NCBI GenBank assembly: GCA_963677765.1 | Contig: OY782392.1 | Span: forward strand, 450,001-482,000 | Reading direction: 5' to 3' | DNA length: 32,000 nt | Source of the DNA: Candidatus Saccharimonadota bacterium | Lineage (GTDB): Bacteria; Patescibacteriota; Gracilibacteria; BD1-5; UBA6164 | Part shown: in pieces, positions 11,162 through 18,564 of the stretch | Numbering within the stretch: position 1 is the first letter of the stretch | Layout of the letters: each line of letters starts with the position of its first letter | Notes under the pieces: generated by a model | Database searches by the model: none | What the model was told of the DNA's origin: nothing | The model's input: the letters and a program-made list of their open reading frames with translations, nothing else | Program-made: the position numbers and the translations under genes

Positions 11162-12403
11162 TTAATTAAATAAGTTTTTAAATAAATTCATTATAGAACC
11201 TCAAAAAGATTCTTTGAAGCTATCTTTAACTTCATTTGCATTATTAATTATTGCATCTGTATCAATACTAATAGTATTAACAAGAGTATTATAATTATTT
11301 TGCAATGAATTTCTTAGTTCTGGACTTATATTATCATAATTTATGTTTTCTACATAATTTTTAATACTATCATTTATATTAATATTATTTTCATTTATTT
11401 TTCATAATATATTATTTAAATATTCATAATTATTAGAATCAGAAACATCCTTAACATCATATATAAAACTTTGTGCAACTAAGTCTTTTTCAGTTCATTC
11501 AGATAATAAATATAATTTTTCTTTTATATCCATTTTTAATTCAAATAAAGCTCAATCTTCTGAACTAAATTTATTTAAATCTTGATATGTAGATAAAACA
11601 TTATTATATAATTCATCTTTCTTTGCAGGATCTATTTGTCATATTTCTATAGTTGCAAGATCTGATATTTGAGCTAATTTTTCATTTATATTACTTTTTA
11701 ATAACTTTATTAATTCACTATCTAACTTTCTATTAACTTGCTCAAAAAGAGAGTCTTTATAACTAGATATAAACTCTTCTAATTTTATAAAACTAAAATT
11801 CTTTATATCAAAAGGTTCTTTTTCGTTTATAGAATATGTATTTCAAAGATTATCTATTAATTCAACTCAATGATTAACTACATATAAATAATTATTTTCT
11901 AAATCAACATTATAAACAGTTCATCTAACAGCAGCTTCCATATCCATAAAGCTTTGCTTAAAATAAGAGTCTCATGGTATATAGCTTAATACATTTGACC
12001 AAGTTTTTCATGAAAATAATTCAAAAGCTATATTTAATCTATCCTTAGATTGTGAAACAAATAATTCATTAACTTGAATTTCAGTATTTCATCACAATCT
12101 AGTAACACTTCAATCTCACCATTCAATAATAGCTAAAGAATTCTCTTTAGTAGTTTTTATTACATCTCAAACAGTCAAAGATTTTTTATCTCATACTACA
12201 AGATTTGATTCATTTAAATATCATTCTCATTCAATTAATGATACATATGAGCTCCTATCAACTCCTGGCTTTAATAATCAACTAAAAATAATATAAAATA
12301 TAATAAATATTATTATTGTAATGATAATAAAAATAAACTTATGTTTATTAATGAATCTAGTATTATTATCATTTGAAGAAAAATCACTTTGTATTTTTTG
12401 CAT
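11162..12403 (-). CDS. FecR-domain membrane protein with a long C-terminal coiled-coil/low-complexity region (413 aa)
   Basis: Minus strand from ATG (comp. 12401-12403) to TAA (comp. 11162-11164). One TM (FIFIIITIIIFIIFYIIF). FecR-type beta-sandwich signature LTVGDVIKTTKENSLAIIEWGDGSVTRLGGNTEIQV...MEAAVRGTVYNV. Its stop lies 2 nt before the cyclase start. Confidence 0.7.
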
Positions 12404-12468
12404 TATAGATATTATAATAAAGTAAAATCTAAATTATAATATCTAAAAAATAACAAAATTCAAAATAT

Positions 12469-12873
12469 ATGAAAAAACAATACATATTTCTAGCATTAAT
12501 TTTGATAATATTATACTCTCTATACCTAATAGGAAGTTTTAAATATAAAGAATACAAAATAAACTCACATATAGAATATATAAGCCAATTAAACAAAGAA
12601 ATATCTCAAAAAATAGAAGAGGCTAATAATATAATAGAATACAAAGGTTCAAATTCATATAAAAATATGATACTAAAAGAACAACAATGATATAAAAATA
12701 AATGAGAATTAGTAACATATTTAACAAGTGAACAGATATATAATACATATACAAGTGATATAAAAGACTCTATAACAGAGTTAGCAATTGAATCTATTGA
12801 AGATTGAAACCAAGAAATAAAAGAGATGACAATATATGAAAAATGGATTTACTTACTATTTAATAAAAGCTAA
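12469..12873 (+). CDS. Septum-formation-initiator-like (FtsB/DivIC-like) bitopic membrane protein (134 aa)
   Basis: ATG 12469 to TAA 12871-12873 under code 25; the track stops at the first TGA. An N-terminal TM is followed by a coiled coil, then SYKNMILKEQQGYKNKGELVTYL, which resembles the conserved IARExLGxxKxGExV motif of DivIC/FtsB. Confidence 0.5.
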
Positions 12874-12880
12874 AATAATA

Positions 12881-12910
12881 AAAAAGACTAGATTAAATCT
12901 AGTCTTTTTT
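12881..12910. terminator. Bidirectional terminator between convergent genes
   Basis: Perfect 13-bp stem aaaaagactagat (12881-12893), loop taa, then atctagtcttttt (12897-12909). Confidence 0.6.
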
Positions 12911-13334
12911 ATAAATCTGAAAAGTCAGCTGGTAACTCATCGATTGTATTGATATTAGTAGGATAAGTAGAAGTAGTTCAAAATATATTATTTCAAATAT
13001 CTTCTATTTTTTCAAAAATTCTTTTTGGTTCAGCATATTTTTCTACATCTAAACCTAACAATCTTCATAAGATAGGAAAAAGGAAAATAGTTAATATAGT
13101 AACTACAATACCAATAACAGCATATCTTATTGTATTAATAGCTGGTTTAATTTTATCATCCTTTCCTCATGAAAGTATTAGAAGAAGACCTCACCATAAT
13201 ATAAAAACAATAGAAAATATTCAAGCAACTAAAACAAATAATGAGATTATCAATAATACAAAATCTCAAAATTCCATATTAGATGAAAATAAAGATCATC
13301 CTGTTTCTATTGCATGTACAGTATCTACTATCAT
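12909..13334 (-). CDS. VirB2/TrbC-like pilin-type small membrane protein, single module (141 aa)
   Basis: Minus strand from ATG (comp. 13332-13334) to TAA (comp. 12909-12911). Sequence FVLLIISLFVLVAGIFSIVFILWGGLLLILSGGKDDKIKPAINTIRYAVIGIVVTILTIFLF shows the same TM-loop-TM pattern as the proteins at 6196-8720. Confidence 0.55.
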
Positions 13335-13349
13335 TTTTTATACTAATTA

Positions 13350-13586
13350 TTAATCTAAAACTTTTAAGTTGACTCTTTTATCCATTTTTACTCAATATAA
13401 TCTTAGAATGGATCTAATAGAGTTTATATTATTTCAAGCCTTTCAGATAATACTTCACATATCATTTTTGTCAACTGATAATGTTAAAAGTATTCCTAAT
13501 TCATCTTCTGTTTTTTCTATTTTTATAGCTTCTTTATTATCTACAATATTTTCAATAATAAATTGTAAAAAATTTACTTCATTCAT
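13350..13586 (-). CDS. KH-domain RNA-binding protein (YlqC/UPF0109 family, 78 aa)
   Basis: Minus strand gives MNEVNFLQFIIENIVDNKEAIKIEKTEDELGILLTLSVDKNDMGSIIGKAGNNINSIRSILRLYGVKMDKRVNLKVLD. It has the GxxG KH loop (IGKAGNNINSIR) and the canonical position just downstream of rpsP. The track ORF 13369..13599 (+) is antisense to it. Confidence 0.8.
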
Positions 13587-13647
13587 ATTAAAATTTTAAT
13601 TAAAAAAATAATATCCCTCAACTTTTTAAAATTGAAGGATTAGATTA

Positions 13648-13887
13648 TTATATAGAAACATTATTAGCTTTCATTAATTTTTCTACTCTTGGTGAAAATT
13701 GTACACCGTTAGATACATAAGATTTAACTTTATCTAAGTCTTTAATTTTAAATTCTTTAGATATAGGATTATAAAAACCTAATACTTCTTTGTATCCGTG
13801 TTTAGCAGCAGCAGTGTGTTCAGTTAAAACTACTCTAAAAAATGGCATATTTCTTTTTCAAGCTCTAGATAATCTTATTTTTAACAT
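13648..13887 (-). CDS. rpsP: 30S ribosomal protein S16 (79 aa)
   Basis: MLKIRLSRAGKRNMPFFRVVLTEHTAAAKHGYKEVLGFYNP... The track ORF starts 13 codons late because a TGA encodes the Gly of RAGKR. Confidence 0.9.
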
Positions 13888-14014
13888 AATCAGGTATAAA
13901 TTATAAATTAGTTTTTTATTTTTTTTAAATTGAGAGTTTAAAACCAAAAATAGATTTTTAGCTCAATAACTATCAATTTAGATTAGTTTATCAGTTTTGT
14001 TATAAGTTTTAGTA

Positions 14015-14099
14015 TGGTGCCCAGGGCGGGAATCGAACCCGCACTTCCGAAGAAACGGGATTTTAAGTCCCGCGTGTCTACCAATTCCACCACCTGGGC
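14015..14099 (-). tRNA. tRNA-Leu (anticodon UAA), long variable arm
   Basis: Reverse complement is GCCCAGGTGGTGGAATTGGTAGACACGCGGGACTTAAAATCCCGTTTCTTCGGAAGTGCGGGTTCGATTCCCGCCCTGGGCACCA. Anticodon loop is CTTAAAA, it has a type II variable arm, and CCA is encoded. Confidence 0.9.
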
Positions 14100-14125
14100 A
14101 AATTTATAACACAATTGAGAAGTGT

Positions 14126-14143
14126 GCCTCGCAAAAGCGAGGC
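14126..14143. other. GC-rich hairpin between rpmB and tRNA-Leu
   Basis: gcctcgc aaaa gcgaggc is a perfect 7-bp GC-rich stem in an otherwise AT-rich spacer. The T-run lies only on the + strand side, so on the gene-bearing minus strand it looks more like a processing or stability element than a terminator. Confidence 0.4.
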
Positions 14144-14149
14144 TTTATT

Positions 14150-14347
14150 TTATATTAATCATTTTTTTCTAAGAGTTTTTAAACCTTTAGCTGAAACTTT
14201 TATTTTATAAACAATTCCAGTTTCTGGATCTCTTATATTTTTATAAAAAAGATTTGGGTAAAATTTTCTTTTTGTAGCTCTCATTGAGTGAGATCTATTA
14301 TTACCTACCGCAGTTCTTTTTCATGTTATTTCACATATTCTTGCCAT
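14150..14347 (-). CDS. rpmB: 50S ribosomal protein L28 (65 aa)
   Basis: Minus strand under code 25 gives MARICEITGKRTAVGNNRSHSMRATKRKFYPNLFYKNIRDPETGIVYKIKVSAKGLKTLRKKGLI, matching the L28 signature MAxxCxxTGKxxxxGNNxSHxxxxTKRxFxPNL. It is absent from the track because of two TGA-Gly codons. Confidence 0.9.
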
Positions 14348-14379
14348 AGTATCAATTTTTTATTTAAATAATTTGTTAA

Positions 14380-14697
14380 TTAAGCTTTTATTTCAATACC
14401 TACACCATTAGGAATAGATAAATCTTGTAACATATCCATAGTTTGAGAACTTGGTTCTAAGATATCAATTAATCTTTTATGTCTTCTTATTTCAAATTGT
14501 TCTCTAGCATCTTTATTAACAAAAGTTGATCTATTAACAGTAATTTTTTCAATTTTTGTTGGTAAAGGGATAGGTCCAACTACTTTAGCTCCAGAATCAG
14601 AAGCTATAGTAACTATTTTTTTAACAGCTTCGTCTAATATTTTGTGTTCAAATGCTTTTACGCTAATTCTAATTTTATTTGCAGCTTTTTTTGCCAT
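14380..14697 (-). CDS. rpsJ: 30S ribosomal protein S10 (105 aa)
   Basis: The track ORF is intact (no TGA): MAKKAANKIRISVKAFEHKILDEAVKKIV...GPIPLPTKIEKITVNRSTFVNKDAREQFEIRRHKRLIDI. Confidence 0.95.
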   Translation of the reverse strand: MAKKAANKIRISVKAFEHKILDEAVKKIVTIASDSGAKVVGPIPLPTKIEKITVNRSTFVNKDAREQFEIRRHKRLIDILEPSSQTMDMLQDLSIPNGVGIEIKA

Positions 14698-14796
14698 ATA
14701 CTTTTTAAATAATTAATAAACTTATATTTAATATATTCTAATTTCTAAGTATTAGACAGAGCTAATACTTAGTTTATCAGATTATATTAATTCAAA

Positions 14797-15987
14797 TTAT
14801 GCGCTAATTTTAGCAACAACTCCTGAACCAACAGTTCTACCACCTTCTCTGATTGCAAATCTTAATCATTCAGTCATCGCAATTGGAGATTGTAATTTAA
14901 CTGACATTTGGATGTTATCACCAGGCATAACCATTTCTACACCAGCTGGTAATTCAATATCACCAGTTACATCAGTAGTTCTGAAGTAGAATTGAGGTTT
15001 ATATCCTTTAAAGAATGGAGTATGTCTACCACCTTCGTCTTTAGTAAGAACATATACTTCAGCTTCGAAATCAGTATGAGGTTTAATTGTACCAGGTTTA
15101 GCTAATACTTGTCCTCTTTCTACATCATCTCTTTGAGTACCTCTTAATAAGATACCTGCATTATCTCAAGCTTGACCTTGATCTAATAATTTGTGGAACA
15201 TTTCTACTCATGTAACAGTAGTTTTTTGAGTATCTCTGATACCTACGATTTCAACTTCTTCACCTACTTTAATAATACCAGTTTCAATTTTACCAGTAAC
15301 TACAGTACCTCTACCTTTAATAGAGAATACATCTTCAATAGGCATTAAGAAATCTTTATCAGTTGGTCTATCAGGAACTGGTACGAATTCTTCAATAGCA
15401 TTAAATAATTCTACTATAGTTTTAGCACCATATTCTTTATCCATATCAGCTGGGTTTTCTAATGCTACTAAACCAGAACCTCTGATTATAGGAGTATCAT
15501 CACCTGGGAAATCATATTTAGATAATAAATCTCTAATTTCCATTTCAACTAATTCTAACATTTCTTCATCGTCAACCATATCACATTTATTCATGAATAC
15601 AACGATGTAAGGAACACCTACTTGTCTAGATAATAATATATGTTCTCTAGTTTGAGCCATAGGACCATCAGTAGCAGCAACGATTAATATAGCAGCATCC
15701 ATTTGTGCAGCACCAGTAATCATGTTTTTAACGTAGTCAGCATGCCCAGGACAATCAACGTGAGCGTAGTGTCTGTTAGCAGTTTCATATTCTACGTGAG
15801 ATGTATTAATAGTAATACCTCTTGCAGCTTCTTCAGGAGCGTTATCAATAGAAGCAAAATCTCTAATTTCAGCACCATTCATAGTACCTAATACAGTAGA
15901 TATAGCAGCAGTAGTAGTAGTTTTACCGTGATCAACGTGACCAATAGTACCTACATTCATATGTGGTTTAGATCTATCAAAAGCCAT
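14797..15987 (-). CDS. tuf: Elongation factor Tu (396 aa)
   Basis: The track ORF 15208..15987 holds the first 259 aa ([21 protein letters not shown]). Reading its terminal TGA (15208-15210) as Gly continues perfectly: [27 protein letters not shown]...[26 protein letters not shown], ending at TAA (comp. 14797-14799). Confidence 0.97.
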
Positions 15988-16059
15988 AATATTGTTTTTT
16001 AATATAATAAAATAATTTTGTATTAAAACTTTAATAATTTATTTGGGAAAATCAAATTT

Positions 16060-16146
16060 TTATCTTTTAGTCTTTTTTACTTTTTTTTCAATTATGTTCA
16101 GAGCTCTTCTTAATTTTTTGTGAGCGTATCATGTTAATCTTGGCAT
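16060..16146 (-). CDS. Tiny, highly basic ORF (28 aa), unassigned
   Basis: MPRLTGYAHKKLRRALNIIEKKVKKTKR. Its ATG (comp. 16144-16146) lies 1 nt after the stop of the upstream 69-aa ORF. It sits between the tRNA pair and tuf. I recognised no family. Confidence 0.35.
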
Positions 16147-16147
16147 A

Positions 16148-16357
16148 TTATATTTTGTTAAGATTTATTTGATATTTGTTCAGTTTTGCTGTAACAACCT
16201 TAACAGCATTTAACAACCATTTAGTTTCTCATTCAAATTCGATTCTTTGTTGCAGTTTTTTATAATGAGCTACAGCCTTACCAACTTTACCTCATGTTTT
16301 AGGTCATTTTTTGTTAACTGCATAATTTAATCTTCTAGGTCTTTTATTTGCAGGCAT
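16148..16357 (-). CDS. Small basic ORF (69 aa), unassigned
   Basis: MPANKRPRRLNYAVNKKGPKTGGKVGKAVAHYKKLQQRIEFEGETKWLLNAVKVVTAKLNKYQINLNKI. It is open only under code 25 (three TGA). It resembles a ribosomal protein in composition, but I could not match it to L32, L33, L35, S20 or S21 by eye. Confidence 0.4.
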
Positions 16358-16453
16358 AATTCTTTATTATGTAATATAAAGTTCAATTATAACTCAAAAC
16401 CGAATCACTTTGCAGTAACTCGTAAAGCTTAATTGTAGTCATTTTAAAAAAAA

Positions 16454-16530
16454 TGGTGGAGCCTAGGAGAGTCGAACTCCTGACCTCCTGCGTGCAAAGC
16501 AGGCGCTCTAGCCAACTGAGCTAAGGCCCC
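16454..16530 (-). tRNA. tRNA-Ala (anticodon UGC)
   Basis: Reverse complement is GGGGCCTTAGCTCAGTTGGCTAGAGCGCCTGCTTTGCACGCAGGAGGTCAGGAGTTCGACTCTCCTAGGCTCCACCA. It has the G3:U70 identity pair and anticodon loop TTTGCAC. Confidence 0.92.
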
Positions 16531-16556
16531 AAATTTTAAGCATCAAATTTTAAGCA
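16531..16556. repeat. Tandem direct repeat of a 12-13-mer in the tRNA-Asp/tRNA-Ala spacer
   Basis: aaattttaagcat c aaattttaagcat lies immediately 5' of tRNA-Ala in the minus sense. Each copy contains TAAAAT on the minus strand. Confidence 0.5.
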
Positions 16557-16648
16557 TATATATATTGTCAGTACAGAGGCGATTTTAATTACAATAATAA
16601 CAATCACTTTAGACTCTCTACTTGTTAAGCAACTTTGTGCTACATTAA

Positions 16649-16725
16649 TGGCGGACACGACGGGGCTCGAACCCGCGACCTCTGCAGTGACAGTGCAGCG
16701 CTCTAGCCAACTGAGCTACGCATCC
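16649..16725 (-). tRNA. tRNA-Asp (anticodon GUC)
   Basis: Reverse complement is GGATGCGTAGCTCAGTTGGCTAGAGCGCTGCACTGTCACTGCAGAGGTCGCGGGTTCGAGCCCCGTCGTGTCCGCCA. Anticodon stem is CTGCA/TGCAG and the loop CTGTCAC places GUC at positions 34-36. Confidence 0.88.
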
Positions 16726-16744
16726 ATTTGTTTAATGCTTCAGG

Positions 16745-16772
16745 ATTATATAAAAAAAAATTTAAAGTGCAA
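16745..16772 (-). promoter_or_regulatory. Candidate promoter for the tRNA-Asp/tRNA-Ala/tuf/rpsJ transcription unit
   Basis: On the minus strand: TTGCAC (comp. 16767-16772), a 16-nt spacer, then TATAAT (comp. 16745-16750), 19 nt upstream of the tRNA-Asp 5' end. Confidence 0.45.
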
Positions 16773-16837
16773 ACTTTTTTTTAACTTTTTTTAATAAAAA
16801 GTCTGTTTTAGGCTTATTGATGCTAATAAAATAATAA

Positions 16838-16875
16838 AAAAAATCAAGTATTTTTTAAAAAATACTTGATTTTCA
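16838..16875. terminator. Hairpin terminator immediately downstream of ftsX
   Basis: Long perfect palindrome aaaatcaagtatttttt / aaaaaatacttgatttt, with an A-run on the + strand that reads as a T-run on the minus strand. Confidence 0.6.
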
Positions 16876-16876
16876 A

Positions 16877-17758
16877 CTATCTAAGATATCTTTTTGAAGA
16901 AAAGAATCAACTAAGTCATCATATAACTATAAATAATAGTAATTCAAAAAATAAAACCCCAAAACTAAAATTAAAAGAATATATATGACCAAACATTCAA
17001 TTCAAATGATTAAGCATTATACTAAATAATATAAAATTTAGTATAAATGATATTATAGAAAATATAATTCATTGCATAACAAAAGGTCAATATATAAATA
17101 TATTTGAACCTCAAACTAATTGAGTTATATATATTTCATCTCTATAATAAAATATAAAATTTGATATAACACTATATATAATAACAGCTATAGAGAAAAC
17201 AAATATAAATATGATAATGTTTAATCATAGTTTTAATATATCTAAAACATTAGTTATATCTTCTATTTTTTGATATTGAGTTGAATAATTAGCAAAATAG
17301 TCTTCTTTTGTTTCATCATTTGCCAACAAAAACATTCTAGATTGTATTAAGTTATTTACTCTATCATAATCTTCCAAATTTATATTTGATAAAGCTATAG
17401 TATCAGGTAAAGGATTATTTCTTTCTAGTATTTTTACCAAATTAGGTTCTTTAGCTCTTATTTCAGTTAATATATCGTCTTTTGTTTTATATTCCGAAAC
17501 TATTGATGAATTTATATCTCCTATATCTCTAATAAGATCTGAAACCTCTAGAGAGTTTCTTGAGTATTCATCACTCAAATATAATGATATAGTTAATTTA
17601 GAATTTATAGAATCAATAAGTTTATAACTAATATCATCTAGTATTACTAATATATTTATAAAAAACATTAACAAAGTCAAAACCATAACAGAAGATATAC
17701 TCAAAAATTTATTTCTGAATATATTTTTTAGTGAGTATTTTGTAATACGTTCAAACAT
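16877..17758 (-). CDS. ftsX: Cell-division ABC-transporter permease-like protein FtsX (293 aa)
   Basis: The track ORF 17225..17758 (177 aa: N-terminal TM plus periplasmic domain) continues through TGA=Gly into the permease domain ...EIYITQLVGGSNIFIYGPFVMQGIIFSIISF...IGGLSGFFSSKRYLR, ending at TAG (comp. 16877-16879). This matches the FtsX motif EIxIxxLVGAxxxFIxxPF. Confidence 0.8.
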
Positions 17759-17843
17759 CTTTAAATACTAATTATTAATAACTTTTTTTAGTTTATATAT
17801 TTAAATTTTTTTTGCAAACTTAATAAATTCAATCACAAATCTA

Positions 17844-17871
17844 TTGACAAAAAAATAAATTATGCTAGATT
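17844..17871 (+). promoter_or_regulatory. Near-consensus sigma70 promoter with extended -10
   Basis: TTGACA (17844-17849), a 16-nt spacer, then TGcTAGATT (-10 TAGATT at 17866-17871). It lies about 70 nt upstream of the ATG at 17939. Confidence 0.5.
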
Positions 17872-17887
17872 AATAAAACTTAAGATT

Positions 17888-17908
17888 TTGTAACTCTGCA
17901 GATTACAA
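17888..17908 (+). promoter_or_regulatory. 21-bp near-palindrome in the predicted 5' UTR (candidate operator or RNA hairpin)
   Basis: TTGTAA c TCTGCAGA TTACAA has complementary outer arms and an inner 8-bp perfect palindrome. It sits between the promoter and the ribosome-binding site of the 190-aa gene. Confidence 0.35.
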
Positions 17909-17927
17909 GTTTTAAGAAAAAATAAAA

Positions 17928-17933
17928 AAGGAT
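17928..17933 (+). promoter_or_regulatory. Shine-Dalgarno sequence
   Basis: aaAAGGAtggataATG: an AAGGA core with about 6-nt spacing to the ATG at 17939. I saw no comparable purine-rich SD upstream of any other gene start I inspected in this window. Confidence 0.5.
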
Positions 17934-17938
17934 GGATA

Positions 17939-18511
17939 ATGCATAAAGCAATCTCTACCAACAAAGCAAGAAAAGAACTTGCAGGTATTTTTGGAATTAA
18001 GAACTGGAAAAAAGTAAGTAAAAAAGCTGTTGAAAAATATTTCAACCCTACTGAATTTTTCGGAGAAACACAATATTGGGAAAAGAAAAATAATTTTGTA
18101 TTATTAATTGAAAAATCTTTAAAAAATTTCAAATTAAAACTTACAAAAAATGAAGCAATAGAAACATTAAAAGAACTAGGCTTAACATCAAACGTAGATT
18201 TAAATCTATACTTTGATAAATCTGGTGAAAATTTTTTCACAAAAAAATATGATTTTGATAATCTATTTGAATTAAGAACTTTTGTCAAAGAAAGAATTAA
18301 GTCAAAAGTAAAAAAATACTATGGAAAAAGTTTTGAAGAAATAATTCCACAAGAACAAAAAAGATTAGAAATATACAAAAAAGCTTGGGAATTAAGAAAA
18401 TTAAATGGATCTAAGCTTGCAAACAATACTGTTGTTGAGTTTCTTATAAAAGAAATTGGTCACTGGAGTCCTAAAAATAAAGGACATAATTTATGCAAAA
18501 GAGCCTCATAA
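17939..18511 (+). CDS. Lys-rich basic 190-aa protein of unknown function, with no TGA codon (possible HTH-like segments)
   Basis: The ORF reads identically under codes 11 and 25. All 9 Gly codons are GGN and all 4 Trp codons are TGG. It has its own promoter, SD and terminator. Segments ARKELAGIFGIKNWKKV and SKLANNTVVEFLIKEIG look HTH-like by eye only. Confidence 0.65.
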   Translation: MHKAISTNKARKELAGIFGIKNWKKVSKKAVEKYFNPTEFFGETQYWEKKNNFVLLIEKSLKNFKLKLTKNEAIETLKELGLTSNVDLNLYFDKSGENFFTKKYDFDNLFELRTFVKERIKSKVKKYYGKSFEEIIPQEQKRLEIYKKAWELRKLNGSKLANNTVVEFLIKEIGHWSPKNKGHNLCKRAS

Positions 18512-18530
18512 AAAGAGGTTCTTTATTTTT
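18499..18530 (+). terminator. Rho-independent terminator overlapping the stop codon
   Basis: aagagcctc (18499-18507) / gaggttctt (18515-18523), 9 bp with one G-U pair, followed by tattttt. Confidence 0.55.
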
Positions 18531-18564
18531 GGAAAAAAATTAAGTAAAAATAAAGTTTTAATTT

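Noticed and set aside
13369-13599. Track ORF (76 aa, plus strand)
   Set aside because: It is antisense to the KH-domain gene (13350-13586), which has a recognisable GxxG KH motif and the canonical position after rpsP.
15703-15891. Track ORF (62 aa, plus strand)
   Set aside because: It is antisense to tuf.
16649-16725. Possibility that one of the five tRNAs is the code-25 tRNA-Gly(UCA), since the loops of the Asp and Glu tRNAs contain the string TCA
   Set aside because: With standard 7-nt anticodon loops, positions 34-36 read GUC (loop CTGTCAC) and UUC (loop TTTTCAT). TCA would be out of register. The suppressor-like tRNA-Gly must lie outside this window.
17860-18288. Track ORF (142 aa, minus strand) overlapping the 190-aa gene
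   Set aside because: It has no promoter, SD or terminator of its own, and its translation is low-complexity (F/S/K-rich). The plus-strand ORF has all the expression signals.
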